Source: Paragordius varius
Lineage: Eukaryota > Animalia > Nematomorpha
Reading direction: 5' to 3'
DNA: 64,000 nt
NCBI GenBank assembly: GCA_964247055.1
Contig: OZ176057.1
Location: 5,890,001-5,954,000 of the forward strand
Both the position numbers and the translations under genes were made by a program. Each line of letters begins with the position of its first letter. Within the stretch, counting starts at the first letter, position 1. Shown here in pieces: positions 26,717 through 42,000 of this stretch. Under the pieces are notes generated by a model. The model did not search any database. It was not told where the DNA came from and saw nothing but the letters and a program-made list of their open reading frames with translations.

Positions 26717-29700
26717 GTAATTCCAAAAGCGAGATTTGGAGTTTTTTTTAAACTCTTTTATAAAACTAAACATTTTTATATATGTACGGAATTATATTAG
26801 AAAGAAAAGTCGTCTAGTTGCCATGATTTAAGGATTGCTACCCAATTACCAAGGTATATTTTAATAAATTATCAATTAAAAGCATTAAAAGATTTTTCAG
26901 TAATTATTAATTTTTAGGTATTTATATTTTTTTATGCTAAATTTACAGTAAACATTGAAATTATACGGACAAAACTTGAAAATATAAAGACATATATTAT
27001 CTTCAAAAGGACAACTATACTTTTTCAACCTTTTTAAATATAACTCATTGTTTTAAACTACAAAGTATACTATAGAAATTCAATTGGTACCACAATCAAT
27101 TATGTATTTTACAATTGTAATTAAATAGCTAATATGTGAAAAATATGGTTTTAAAAAAGTATGGTTGTTTTTTAGATGAAAATATTTGTCTTTATATTTT
27201 TACATTTTGTCCGTATAATTTTCAATTTTTACTGTATATTTGTATTAGCTGGTTTTTCCCTAAGATTTCTCGTGACGGTGCAGAGGCCCTCTTAACCTTT
27301 GGCAAAGGCTTTGGAAACGTTTTAGTACGCAAAAGTACAAGTTATGAGGGAAATTATGTCATTTCAGCCAGATATGATTGTAAAGGGTATATCTATCTTT
27401 TAAATTAACTGACCCATACTAATTATATATCTATAATAAGTCCCTAATTTGTAATTTATTATTTATATTGTCGCAATTTTGAGATTTTATAAATTTTAGT
27501 GTAACTGAGATTAGACATTATGAAGTATCCAACTTTTCATTCGATTCGGGGGAAAAGAAGTATCTTTTGCGCGTTATTGGACAGGTACTATTACAGTAAA
27601 ATTGAAATTATACGGACAAAACGTAAAAATATAAAGAATATTTTTTAAAAGACAACCCTATTTTTTAAAACTTAATTTTTCTCATAAATAACTATAATTT
27701 AAAAATATGTAAATGATTGTTTTACCGATATGCATTACTTCGCAGTTTAAAACACGAGTTATATAAAAAAATCAAGATTTAAAAGTATAGTTTTCTTTAA
27801 GAAAAAAATATTTTATTTATATTTATACGTTTCGCCAGTATAATTTCAGTTTTTACTGTATATTTAAATAACTAAATAACAACATTAATAAAAGTAATTT
27901 GCATATAAAACACCATACATATACCATTTTTTCACTCAATAGCTATACTTTTGCAAGCGTAACATTTTTAGATCCCTTTAGAAAATATTGCGTTTAGGTA
28001 AAAAAATTTTGCGACTGAAAAATACTTTTTTTATTATTCATATGAACCCAATTTTGATATAATTTAAATATATATATAATTGACTAACGCCAATTAAATC
28101 ACGCTTCTTTATTTCGCACCCAAACCGATAGAAATTTGAGAAAAAATCAAGTTGTTATTATAATGCTTTTTTTAAAACATTTGCCTTTACTTTTTAGGTT
28201 AGGTCTTTATTGTTTTACTTTTTATAATTATAACTCAATATTTTATTTGGCTCTACATACTTTTTTCCTATAAAACATAGCATCCAGCCATGGATTCGTT
28301 AGATGATGTTTTGGAATATTTCTTACAAATCAATCCGGGCATGACGCCCCTACTTCAAGAAAATATAAAACATCTTTCCTGGAAAGAACTTATTGAACTT
28401 ACTGGAGGTTCTTCAAACCTTCACAAAAATAAAGGCAGCGATGTAAAACCAGCAAAAGGTGCCCAATTAAAGCGTTCGAAAACTACAAGTAGATGCTTTT
28501 TATTTTTGAATTCTTACAGATATAGTATCAAGGCTTTATTTAAACAAGGGTTAGGCATTTACACAATTTAAACTTTTATAAAACAGATTATTGAACAATT
28601 ATTCACCCTTGAACAATTTAAATTGACGCCAAAAATAAATTATGTGTTTTGGGGATAATATAACTACCCATTAATAAGAAATATATCTTTATGGCATAGG
28701 TTATTATTTTTTCAGTATTAATTTTATTTTAAACAAAATTCATTTTTAAAAATATAAAAAAATATAAGAAATTTTTAATAAAAAAACTTAATTTATTTTA
28801 AAGTAAATATGAAATGTTTGAGAGTGAATTTGAATTGTTCAAGGGTGAATTTGAAGTCTAAATGTATAATAAGCAGCCTTTTTGTTAAATAAATATAATT
28901 CCAACATATAACTAAAATTATTGCAAAACAGATTTCACTTTCATTTTTTTACCAAAGTGTTGTTAAATGGTTTATAAACATTTTAATACTTACTTTCAGT
29001 TTTAATTCGTTTCAGCCCACCATTTCATTTTGGGGTCCGTTTGAACGGTCCAGTTTAAAAGTTAATAGAAAAAAGCGACCATTGTACGGTTTAAATTACA
29101 TTTCGATTTTATAAGAACTTCACTTATGAATGCAAAATATAGTTGAGCGGTTAAAATATAATAAAATTTGTTTTATAAATGCCAAAAAATTTATAAAATT
29201 ACATAATTACCACATTTTAATGGCCTTTTTCCAAGATTTTTAATACCAAAACGACGCATTTAAAGGGCTTATTCATAAGAATGCAATAAAATATCACTGA
29301 TGTATCCGTGACTGTGATCCCTTTTAAAAATCTTCTACCTTTTTATTAACAATTGTTAAACATATGATATTAATATAAATATATAATATATGGTATTTAT
29401 ATAAAAGTTTTGTAGGATTTACCATGACTTTATTTAATATATCTAAAATTGAAATTATGCTGACAAAACGTAAAATATAAAGACAAATATTTTTTGTTTA
29501 AAAGACAACCCTATACTATTTAAATCTTCATTTTTTTGAATATAACTCCTAAATTAATATTGCAAAGTGTGAAATAGATATATATATATATATATATATT
29601 ATACTAAAAAAATCAATTTGATAATATAGCATCGCAATTAAATAGTTATAGAGGAAAAATCAAGGTTTGTAAAAATGTAGTAATAATTTGAAAAAAAATA

Positions 29701-30324
29701 TTTGTCTTTATATTTTTACGTTTTGTCCGTCAATATTCACTCTATAATTTTCTTTACAAATGTTATTTTAATATTATTAGATTTTTATCTTTAAACCCGT
29801 GCAAAACACACGCCTAATAATAAATGCGTTGATAATAAATATATATATAAATATGCGATATTTTAACGATTATTTTTATTATATGTACGTAAACCACTTG
29901 GTAACCAAAAAATAATTGAATCTAACATATTTGGATGTTTTACAATTTAACGGTCTGTTACAGTAAAAAATGAAATTAAACAAGGAAAAAACGTAAAAAT
30001 ATAAAAACAAATATTTTTTCCTAAAAAGATAACCCCATACTTTTTAAAATCTTAATTTTTCTCATATAAGCTATGTAGTTACAATTGTAAAAAATAGAAT
30101 TTATTATGTTAGTTATATATATACATCGCTCTTTCACGTTTTGCCATAAACAATGAGTTATGTTGAAATAAAATCAAAATTTATATAGTATGGTTGTATT
30201 TAGAAAAAAAATTGTCTTAATATTTTTACATTTTGTCCGCATAATTTCAATTTTTACTGTATATATTAAGTCTAAAATATATTAACTTTTTGAAAATAAT
30301 GGTATATTGGTTTATAATTATTTC

Positions 30325-30360
<36 letters not shown>

Positions 30361-33300
30361 GAGATACACGAGGATACTAATTGGAAATCTGCTCAGTCAG
30401 ATATGTCCCCAACCTGGAAAAGTAATAATTATTATTATTTCTTGAATTCAAAATACATTTTATTAAATTTTATGCTTGTCTCTAAATTATCCAAAAAAAA
30501 ATGTTAATAAATTATTTCATCAATAGTAATGATAAAAAATAATGATGTACTTAAAACATGTCTAAATTTTTAACATTATAGCTATAAATAATATTTTAAA
30601 TCATTTAAATGCACTTAAAGCATTGTTTTTATTGGGATTATTGTCTTTATCTATGGCTATTTTTACTGTATATTATAGAGCAGGGGTCTCCCACAAAAGC
30701 CCACCCCCCGACACATTCTGATTTTTATAATTTCCACAATTTTATAAATATGGCCAAACCTCTGGAAAAATATTCTATAAATAAGTCTTTCCGATTTGTA
30801 ACAAACTAACAAATATTAATAAAATAGCAATGATTTTTTTGCCATTATTTCACAGTTTTTGTTTAAAATCTAAAAATATATTGATTAATGCCCCTATTTT
30901 TAAAATGCGGTCGGCTTAATTTTTTGAGTCAAAAATACGGCCTTCGAAGCCATTGTGTTAGACACCCCAAGTTTAAACTTATTGAATTTTCTAATTCTCA
31001 GACATATGTTGACAATTATAGTATTTAAAAATGTTTTACATTTTAGAGTCCTCATCAGAATCGAGTGAAAACCGAAAAACCGCCCCAATTTGTCCCGAAA
31101 TTAAAACGACAGTAATTAAGGCTCCTCCTTTACCGCCTCCCTTATTGCTATCAAATTCGAATTCAGCAACTTTCCAACGCAATAAAAATGCAAATAATAA
31201 AAATAGTTCTCAAACAACACATGGCAATCCTGCTTCTTCAAAAACTCAATTCACTTTTGCCCAGGAGGTTAAAAAAACTGCTGCTGCAAGAAATATGAAT
31301 GGCTTAATGTCTCCAAGAAACGAACGACAGCACATAAAAGGTAAGCTATTTTTTGCAAAAAAACTATAAAATTTTTCAATTCTTTTTTAACTGCGCTTTA
31401 GCTGTCGATGCCCATAACCCTAATGCTATTAATCTTTCACATCCATCATCATCGAACGGATCAACATCATCGGAAGAAACTGGATCTGCCATAATACTTA
31501 TGCCAAGCCTCCTTAAACCAAGTATGTTTAAGCAAGAAAAATGTTCAACCCTAAATACCATTTTGAAACGTCGTAACGAGGAACTTAGTAGGATGCAAAA
31601 ACTACAAACTGAGAAGAGATTATTACATTCACCAAATAATGAAAATAACATTGAGACAAGACCAAAACTTATGAATGGAACACATAAAAACGTCTCAAAA
31701 AACGGCTTAAATATGAAATCTGACCAAGTTGATTCTCCTAACCTGGATCATCAGCTCCGAAGTTATGACAATGAAAACCAGCCACAAAACTCAAATAGTA
31801 AGCCAGCTAATGAAAAATGTTACGATGGGGATGCTGCTTTAAACGTTCGAAGGTACAAAAAGAAGAATGAAGATTTTTCTGTATTAAAAACTAAACCCAT
31901 TCCAAAGAAAAGTAATGCACCTTCGATACCAAACACTACAACTTTAGGCGCCATAAAACCGATTCCAAATTCAACAAATGTTTTGACTTGCCCCAAAGAT
32001 ATGAATTTCAATGGTTCTGAGCATGGAGCTTTTAATAGCAACCTAAATAACAAATCTCAATTAAGCGCCCTAAAAAGTAATGTTTCAAATCCTACCAAAA
32101 AAATTACACCCTGCACAAAAACTACTGGGGAAAAGAAATTAAGCAATGGATATCAAAATTTTTCGCATCCTTTCACTGTTGACAATGGGTGCGACAGTGA
32201 TGAGAAGGCTATACAATTATTTCAACAGGCGCGAGATCAACTCAAAAAAGTAGGAAATAAGCACAAGCTTTTTCCCCAAAACACTGACAACAGTTCAGAA
32301 AATGAGAAAATAGCTGGCAATGATGTATCAAACGTGGTGGTGGGAATCGAATCATCGAATAGAAGCAGCAATCCGGGCAAAAATCATTCCAGTAGTGAAA
32401 TCTATGGCGAACAACGACCAATTAAACACAATCCCAGTAATATTGATCAAAAAGGTGTTGGCAGTCAGTCGCGCAATTCAGCCCAAACTCTAAAACGTCG
32501 GAGCATGGTGTCACCCACGGAAGGTTTGTTAAAAATACTATACAACTCAAATAATAACAGTAAAAATTAAAAATATCCATAGACAAAACATAAAATATGG
32601 AGGCTTATATCTTTTTTTATAATAAAAAATACTTTTTGGGTTGAATATGGAATAGCGATGTTGTTAATCGGTAACATACTCAATTCATATTATAGGTTAT
32701 GGAAAAAACTCACGGTCTTTACAAAAATTGTTTTTTTTCATATTTTTATGATGTAACCGGTGGCCGATTTCAATTAGAAACCGGTTTCCGGCTCCACGCG
32801 GTTTGGGTAGGAAGCCCTGGTTTTAATCGATTTTAATTTTCATTTGACTTTTTAGATTTTGAGGTAAGGAACATGCAACAATCCCTTATGCATGAGCTAG
32901 TGTCCATTATGAAAAGCAAATCACCTGATCAACAGCTCTCTCCTCGCAATACAAAGGGCTTGGAAAATGTACATGCACCCCTTCATAATGTAGGAGAAAA
33001 CAGTAAGAAATATTATGGGAATAGAAATGTAAATCATGTACCCACGTCCTCGTCCACCTCCAATTTTATGCAACACTCCTCATCCGTAGTTCCAAACATT
33101 GAGGTTAATGGCAGTTTCACGAAAATTACGATTGCTAATGGGAACACAACCTGTTCTAGCCACATTTCTAGCAATACCTCCAACAACAGTAATAAGAAAG
33201 GGGTGAAAAAATATGGTGCTAACATTGCTATGGATAGTTCCCCCCCATCTATTCGACACGCTATGGATAAACAAGTTAAAGGCTTAAATTCAGTTATATA

Positions 33301-33928
33301 TGCTTCGTCGACTTCCATGTCGCCTAAAAAATGTAGTGTTGTCCCCTCTATTGATAATAATGATAATAATAATAATAATACATATTACGAAGATTTAATA
33401 TGTAAAAATTCGCATGGGGGACCCACAACCCAATTTTCTGTGGGAAGACCTGATGGGGTTTTAACAAGCCCGGCGACACAGACACCGCAGGACTTAGTTA
33501 AAAGTCCGGTTCCGTCTTTCACTCAAATTAATATAGCATGTTCCCTGGAAGACGTGGCGCATAAAATGGTAGCTCTTCAACAACAAACATTTCAAAACAA
33601 TGCCATAACCAATATTAATAATCACTCATTCAAAACTGAAAAATGTAATTATATATCGAACGGATTTACGTATGACAATCAACTTTCAAACAAAATAAGT
33701 CAAAAATCCTTTGATGGAACAAAATGTTCAGATAAAACAAATGGCTATTTAATGAAAAATGGTATGAGTAAGCATATGGGAAACAATGAGCAGAGCAGAA
33801 ATAATGGTAAAAGCCAAGTTCCTAGGATTCCAGGAAATTTAATAAGTGCAACTAAAGAAAAATTATTTAACAGTATCATTTATAACGCCGCTGATGCGAC
33901 AAATAATGAAAATGGCATTTTGGCATAA
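26159..33928 (+). CDS. SH2-domain adaptor protein (~1197 aa; STAP-like SH2, long S/N/K/P-rich disordered regions)
   Basis: Exons 26159-26716, 26801-26853, 27249-27386, 27500-27584, 28281-28488, 30359-30421, 31047-31340, 31402-32523, 32856-33928. All GT-AG, phases consistent, 3594 nt with no internal stop. SH2: WFFPKISRDGAEALL...GNVLVRKSTSYEGNYVISAR...IRHYEV...YLLRV...SLDDVLEYFL. The start codon is inferred; an upstream exon via AG at 26148-26149 is possible. Confidence 0.85.
27249..27584 (+). CDS. SH2 gene exons 3-4 (27249-27386, 27500-27584): SH2 core
   Basis: WFFPKISRDGAEALL / GNVLVRKS / IRHYEV, canonical splice sites. Confidence 0.85.
28281..28488 (+). CDS. SH2 gene exon 5 (SH2 C-terminal helix)
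   Basis: HPAMDSLDDVLEYFLQINPGMTPLL, catag acceptor, gtagat donor. Confidence 0.8.
31047..33928 (+). CDS. SH2 gene exons 7-9 (31047-31340, 31402-32523, 32856-33928)
   Basis: Long open frames matching the ORF track, phase-1 introns, poly-proline APPLPPPL. Confidence 0.85.
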
Positions 33929-34270
33929 AACACAATCTTTTGTCTCTGTATATTCATTTTTTAACACATAAAAACTTATTTTGATACAAGTGTAGTAGTT
34001 TTTAGCCATTTTATGTTTAATTCAATTGTCCTTCTACATAACCCGGTAAAATAAATGTTTCCATATAATTTTTTACATACTTATTATGTATATATCTTGA
34101 GAGGTTTAATATTAAAATATCCTATATTTTTTCAAAAACAACCTTTTACCTTTAAAGTTAAATATTTTACCTTCTTAATTAATAAAAATGTAAATATGTT
34201 TTTCTCGTATGCCTTATAAAGGCCGACAATATTATCATAAAAAACTCTCAGTCTCGGGGCATTTACGATA

Positions 34271-35024
34271 ATGTGACCAGATATTTAAAACTTCGAGGCG
34301 GTACAAAATTAAAACATACTTTGCCTCTTTTTACACCATCGGTGTGGTATATTACAGTTTCCACAAAAAAATATGCTAATGAAAATATATTTATTCTGAA
34401 GGAAAATATCAGGATTATCATGGTGCTTTTGGTTTTAACCTTTACGAGTTATTAAAGAAAGTTATTTACACTTTTGTTGTAAATGCTCTGTATAAAATAA
34501 ATATTTTTGGGTGAATGCTTTATTTTATATCACTAAAATATAACATAAACTACATATAAAAAAACAAATATTTAAAAAAACTTAATTTTTAGATGTGGTC
34601 TCTAAAGTCCCAAATTTTTTGGCCCTTTTAAAATGGAATGTTCTCCTAAAATAAACGCAAAATTCCGCTTCAATAGCCATTAGCCTGAATCTTACGGTGT
34701 GGAGTCCGAGATCTATAGTTTCACCACTGCGCGAAAGGCTGCAATCCTAAGTTTAATGCATAATTCGATCAGATACTAAAATATCAACCAACTAAAAAAA
34801 TAGGCCAATCTTTAGTTTTGTACCTCAAAATGCATTTTAATTTTTAGAGAAGGTACTATATTAAACTCTAAAATATTCTTTTTGAATAAATAAAAGGTAA
34901 TTGTTGTATATTTAAAAATTATTTTTTTTTAATTTCAAAAAGCAGTACAAAAGTGGGCGCAATACAGGCGAAGTTTTTTTCTGACCCAGTACTTTACTGC
35001 GAAAAACAGCCTATTTGGTCACAT
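34271..35024. mobile_element. Non-autonomous TIR element, family 4 (TA|ATGTGACCAGATA...TATTTGGTCACAT|TA)
   Basis: 14/15 inverted terminal match and TA flanks. Both ends are homologous to the element at 55325-59201. Confidence 0.75.
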
Positions 35025-37987
35025 TAATTCAAGAAAATATTCAAAACATCATCCATTTATGGATCACCTGCGCATCTTATGGATATATGCTATAAGTCAA
35101 TGCTTATTCAAAAACCCCTATACTCGGATTCCCTTAACGCATTTATAAATCAATTTCCACATTGAAATTTAACACTCCATACCGTTTGGGGTAGTTTTAT
35201 ATTTCAGAGCGATTTAAAATTTTATTAAGCCGAATTTAAAAATATGCTTTCTTTTTCAGGCAGGCGTGTTATACAAAAAAAATTTTTAAAAATGTAAAGT
35301 TATAAAAATACCACATTTCAAACTTTTTTGCCGTCGTTTTTTTCTGTAAATTTTTGTAAATTGCTAATGCAAAAGGCAAATAAATGTATATTATGGCTTA
35401 GAAAATTAAAATTATTGACTTACTTTCAGGCTACATTTTACCAGTAAAAATTTAATTTTGGTTTTAATATCAGCTGTTCGTTTCTATCATGTTTTGAAGT
35501 TGTCCCAATTTTAGACTCTAGAATTCAAAAAACTGTAAAATATACAAGCTTTTATTTAAAATATGAAAACAATGTGTGATAATATAATTTAATAAACTAT
35601 AGTTTATTTACAAAATGGAGATTTGGGTTTAATACTAACCCAATATGTGGGCTAGAATAAAAAAGTGAAAGGTAATGAAGTGGATGTTTTCCCAAAATTG
35701 TTTATAAAAACTTTTAAATATATTTAATGTAATAATTTGATAAAGGAATTATATATTTTACAAATATGTAATCAGACATTGATATGGTTTGAAGGGTTCC
35801 ATAGACATGTTAACTTATAAAAACTATAATAATACAATAAAGACAAACACTTTTCTCCCAAATACTTTTTAATTTGCTTTCTTTAAATATACACATGTAA
35901 CGTTGACTAAATTTTTACCTTTGGGTTTTACCTTAAAATAAGTAATAACAAGTACTTTTGGAAAAATGTTTTTTATAAATTCCGGTTTATTAATATTATA
36001 TAAGTGGAAAATTTTGCCATGGTTTTTATACCTTTTATATTTTTAAATTATTAAATTTTAAAAAGGCTTCGGGTATCAACCACCCCAATTTACGAAGGAC
36101 TAAAATTAATGTGTTTTATCTAAAAGTACGATTGTCTTTGAAAAAATATTTGCCTTTATGTTTTTAGGTTTTGTTTGAATAATTATTTTATCTACTGTAA
36201 AATTTCTATGAACCTCTGAGGAATTTAATATTTGGATACAAAACATTCATTTTATTCCTTCGACTCTAATTGGGGTGGATAAATACCCTAGGTCTGTTGA
36301 AACTAAATAATTCAAAAAAATATGAATTGAAACCATGGCAAAAATTTGCACATTATAACAATACCGAAATATATGAAAAATTCTATTCAAAAATACTTGA
36401 TAATACTTATTTTAAGGTAAAATTTCAAGGTTAAATTTGGTTAACATGACATGGGGCATTAGCATAATAAATATTAACGCAATCAATTCGATATCTTACT
36501 ATCGTTTAATTATTTATTAGAGGAAAAATTAAGGTTTAAAAAAGGATGGTTAAAAAATGTTTGTGTTTATATTTTATTTTCAAAATATCAAATTTTACTA
36601 ACGCTCTTATTATTTTAAAAAATTGTAATTTAGGGACACAGTGAAGAATATTGTTGCAAAGTTTAAAGTTTATATCAATTCTAATCATTAACATACTATT
36701 ACAACTAGTTTACATTCTCTTTATAATATTTTTTTATGTCAAATATTATTTGAAATAGGGATTATTTTCGTGAAAACGCCTCTCAAATTTTTTTCTTCAT
36801 TTTTGGGTGTCAATCTGGTTTAGGTAAATTATACGGACAAAACGTATAAATTAAAGACAAATATTTTATTTAAAGGACAAAACCATAATTTTTACATTTT
36901 ATTTCAATATAACTCATTGTTTTAAATGGCAAAGTTAAAATTGATATGTATATCGAACAATCAATTATATAATGTACAATAGTAGTATTATAATTTATAT
37001 AAGGAAATTTAAGGTTTTAATAATATGGTCACCAGTTTCTACTGTAATTAATTTTTTTATTGGGGGAAAAAATAAAATAAATTTTACATGACTTGGTATT
37101 GAACTAATTATAAACTCTGACAGTCAAAATCGACACTGATCACTGGTTGGGTTTAACTCTCATTGAAAACCACTGAATTAATTACAACAACAAACAGCAA
37201 AGATTTCAAATTTTACAGTTTTATATATTTTTCTAAAGGGATAATATATTTACAAACTGAAACTATACTGATAAAACGTAAAAATATAAAAAATAAATAT
37301 TTTTTCTACAAGAAAATTATACCTATAAATCTTTTTTAAATGTAACTCATTCTTTATGATAGGAAAGTGTGAAACAGATATAAATTTTAACACAATCAAT
37401 TCTATATTTTACAAATGTATTTTAATAGCTTATATAAGAAAATAAAGGTTAGAATTACGGCTGTCTTTTAGAAAAAAATATTTGTCTTTATATTTTTACA
37501 TGTTTTCGTATAATTTCCATTTTTACTCTAAGTTAAAAAAATATTATGAGATATCCATTATGAGTAAGTAATACATTGCTAATTTTCATTAATATTTTTG
37601 CTGTCGTATAAATATGGTATCAGGGAATGTCTACAGTTGAAATTATACGGACAAAGTTTAAAAATATAAAGCAAATATTTTTTTCTAAAGGACAACCATA
37701 CTTATTAAATGTTGATTTATTTCAATGTAACGCATTGTTTTAAATGGCAAAGTGTATAATAGAGATAAATAATTGAATTCTATATTTTGCAATTGTAACT
37801 AAATAGCTTATTTAGGAAACACATAGGTTTTAAAAGTATGGTTGTCTTTTAGTTAAAGATATTTGTCTTTATATTTTCACGTTTTGTCCGTCTAATTTTC
37901 AATTTTTACTGTAATAAGGATCCAGCAAGGTATATTTTTGCTTATACTATAATTCAAGTGAATTATTTTAAATAAATTTATTAAATA

Positions 37988-38201
37988 TCAACTACAACAA
38001 GACGAAGAAGTATAATACGTAACATAATAAGGTCTAATTTTCATAACAGATCTTTCAATCTTAATCCATTCTTGAGTCCGAGAATCAAACCAAGTAAGTC
38101 CAATATTCCAGCGCCCATTCAGATTACATTTCTGGCAATGAGAATACCACCAACCTCCTGAATAATATTTTGCACAATCAACTGAACTAGCATCTTGATC
38201 G
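37988..38201 (-). CDS. FReP B terminal exon
   Basis: DQDASSVDCAKYYSGGWWYSHCQKCNLNGRW..., AG acceptor at 38203-38202. Confidence 0.75.
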
Positions 38202-39022
38202 CTGAGAATAAAAAAGTTGGTAAAAAAGTACAGTAAAATTTTAATTATGCAGCGGAAAGTATACAAAGCATTACATAAAAAATAAATTTATATGGATAAA
38301 TTATTTTAAAAAGACCATATTTTTAAACCCTTTGATGGTGGAGGATTAGATAAAAATTGGTAATCTCAAATATACAGCAAATTTATAATTATACGGACAG
38401 TAAAAATAAGACAACTATATTTTTTAAATAAATTGCTGTGCTTTTTTTACTTAATTCTTATGCGAAATAGTAAGTTGATTGGTAACATAATTAATTATGT
38501 TTATTTAAACTATTAATAAATTCATAGACAATGTTGAAAAAGGATGGTTGTCTTTTAAAAAAAAAATTGTCTTTATATTCTTACGTTTTGTCAGGGTAAG
38601 TTTAATTCTAACTGTATATCAAACATTTAATTATCACAAAACATTTAATATACGGTAATGAAATTATATGGATAAATATCATCTTAAAAAGACCATATTT
38701 TTAAACCTTGATGGAGAGATATTTAAATTAGTAACACTCTGGAAATATATTTAATCATTGTAAAAATAAAACAAGAATCAAAAATATACAGGAAAAATTG
38801 TAAATATACGGGCAAAATTTAAAAATATAAAAACATTTTTTTCAGCAGACAATCATGCTTTTTTAAACCTTAATTTATTTTGTAAAAAACATTTTATTAC
38901 AATCGTACAATACATAATTGATTGTGTTAGGAAATTTCAATTTCTATATTATACTTTGTAGTTTAAAACAATTATATTTACAATCAAGATTTAAAAAGTA
39001 TGGTTGTTTTTTTTGAAAAAAA

Positions 39023-42000
39023 TTTATCAAATGCGTAAAATACTGACCCACGAAATAATTTCGTAGTACACATATGAAAGAGGATTGACGTGAGAATTAA
39101 CATAGGCTTTAATTTGATGGATATTTTGTAATGTTGAATTTTGAGAATATTATAGCAATTTATGTTAACATTTGTAATATTGTTGTTACGTATTTAGATG
39201 CGGAATTTTATGGTTTTTTATCTTTGATAAATTAATAAATAGTAAAATACGTATTTTCAGATTGTTGATGTTTCCTAAATTTAATAATATATATTTTTCA
39301 ACATGCTATAGTTGTTATTACTAATAAAAAAAACAGGTAAATATATATTTGTAAAAATTTAAGTAAATTTTAGATTTTTGTCTTTTATGTTTTGCATTGT
39401 TAATTATTAATAATTTTTAAGTATTTCAGACATTTTAATCAAGTAAAAATTGCGGTTATTAACAAATTTAGTAAAAATTTAGTTTTTTTTAGTTTTTTAG
39501 GTTTTGCATTGTTAATTGTAATTAACTACTACATATTTTGGACATTTTATACAGGTAAAAATTGCGGTTTTTAACAAATTTAGTAAAAATTTAGTTTTTT
39601 TGTTTTTTTAGGTTTTGCATTGTTAATTGAAATTAACTACTACATATTTTGGACATTTTAATAATTACAGGTAAAAATTGCGGTTTTTAACAAATTTAGT
39701 TAAAATTTAGTTTTTTTTGTTTTTTTAGGTTTTGCATTGTTAATTGTAATTAACTACTACATATTTTGGACATTTTAATAATTACAGGTAAAAATTGCGG
39801 TTTTTAACAGATTTAGTAAAAATTTAGTTTTTTTTGTTTTTTTAGGTTTTGCATTGTTAATTGTAATTAACTACTACATATTTTGGACATTTTAATAATT
39901 ACAGGTAATTGCGGTTTTTAACAAATTTAGTAAAAATTCAATTTTTTTGTTTTATAGGATTTTTTTTGTTAATTGTAATTAATTAATTTTGGACATTTTA
40001 ATTAATAAAGGTAAAAAATGAGGTTGTTTTTGTATTTAGTAAAAATTTAATTTTTTCTTGTTTTTTTATTTAATATTGTTAATTATAATTAATTACTACA
40101 TATTTAATAATTTAAATAAATACAGGTGAAAATGGCGGTTTTTAACAAATTTTAATTGTAACATTTTTTGTATTTTGTATCATTGTTATTTAATTAATTA
40201 CTAAATATTTTATACATTTAAAAAAATGGTGTAAATTGCGGTTTTTAATAAATTTGTAAAATTTTATTTTTTGTTCAACCTTGCTTATTTATTTATCACT
40301 ATATATTTGTGATACATTGATATATACAGGTAAAAATTTTTATGACTTGCGGTTTTTTGAATTTTTTAAAATATTTTTTTGGTTTTACTTTGATAATTTA
40401 TATAATTAATATAGTTAACATATCTGAGTAGGTAAAAATGCATGTTACGGTTTTATGTTTGCCATTTTATTTTCCAAATCAACTATTTATATTTTAACAA
40501 ACACCTTATGTCACCAAAGATTGAAAATAAGATCAAGATATATAAAACATCTTTGAAAGTATCTGAATATCGCCAAATATAAAAAAATTTATTTAAATTA
40601 TAAATGTATAATTATGCAAAATATTCATATTATGTTTGAAATTAACATTCTTCTTATTGAAATTAATACAGGTAATTTGTTTATATAAATGTGTACGATG
40701 CGGTGTACGTTCATGATGATCATATAGATTGAAGAATAGTATAAGATGCAATAATTAAATGCAGATAATCCTGAAAATTTTAATAACCATCATTTTTTTA
40801 GGTAGATTCTATCAACTAAAATATAAGATAATTAATATATTAGAAAATTGATACCTGGATTCTAGAAGTATTTTCAACATATTTAAATATTGGGGGAAAC
40901 ATTCATAGTTTGACAGGAAACTCAAAAGGTTGACTTGGCTTTTTAACAACTAAATTTGCAAAAAAATATTTTCTTCATGATAAAAAATTCAAAAATGATA
41001 CTTTATGTTTTTTCGTTCTACCATCCTAAACTATAAATATGAAAAGGCTTATATGATTTCACCATACCAATGACGTCAAATAGAAAATAGAAACAAATAA
41101 TTTTTTTCAAAAGCTTGGAGCACTCCAAAAACTAAGCAGGCAACACTTACATTGTTTGCTTTGGTGAAGAATAATTTTTTATATTTATAGTTTAGGATGG
41201 TAGAACGAAAAAAACATATAGTATCATTTTTGAATTTTTTATCATGAAGAAAATATTTTTTTGCAAATTTAGTTGTTAAAAAGCCAAGTCAACCTTTTGA
41301 GTTCCCTGTCAAACTATGAATGTTTCCCCCAATATTTAAATATGTTGAAAATACTTCTAGAATCCAGGTATAAATTTTCTAATATATTAATTATCTTATA
41401 TTTTAGTTGATAGAATCTACCTAAAAAATGATGGTGATTAAAATTTTCAGGATTATCTGCATTTAATTATTGCATCTTATACTATTCTTCAAATAGGATC
41501 ATCATGAACGCACATCGCATCGTATATCAATAGTGGAAACAAATTACCTGTATTACATTAAGAAGAATGCTAATTTTAAACATAATATGAATATTTTTTA
41601 TAATTATACATTTATAATTTAAATAAATTTATTTATATTTGGCGATATTCAGATACATTAAAAGATGTCTTATTTTCAATCTTTGGTGACATAAGGTGTT
41701 TATTAAAATATAAATAGTTGATTTGGAAAATAAAATGGCAAACATAAAACCGTAACATGCATTTTTACCTACTCAGATATGTTAAATATATTAATTATAT
41801 AAATTATCAAAGTAAAACCAAAAAAACATTTTAAAAAATTCAAAAAACCGCAAGTCATAGTAATTTTTACCTGTATATATCAATGTATCACAAATATATA
41901 GTGATAAATAAATAAGCAAGGTTGAACAAAAAATTAAATTTTACTAATTTATTAAAAACCGCAATTTACACCATTTTTTTAAATGTCCAAAATATTTAGT

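Noticed and set aside
30681-30971. Possible hAT MITE (caggggtctccca...ttagacaccccaag)
   Set aside because: The TIR match is weak and the 8-bp flanks do not match, so the boundaries are unsupported.
20962-33318. Antisense ORFs (20962-21270, 22162-22401, 31376-31651, 31820-32053, 33034-33318, 33080-33274)
   Set aside because: Shadow frames of real exons on the opposite strand.
39440-40200. Regular repeats as a possible CRISPR array
   Set aside because: The whole ~117-bp unit repeats with no unique spacers, the context is eukaryotic, and there are no cas genes.
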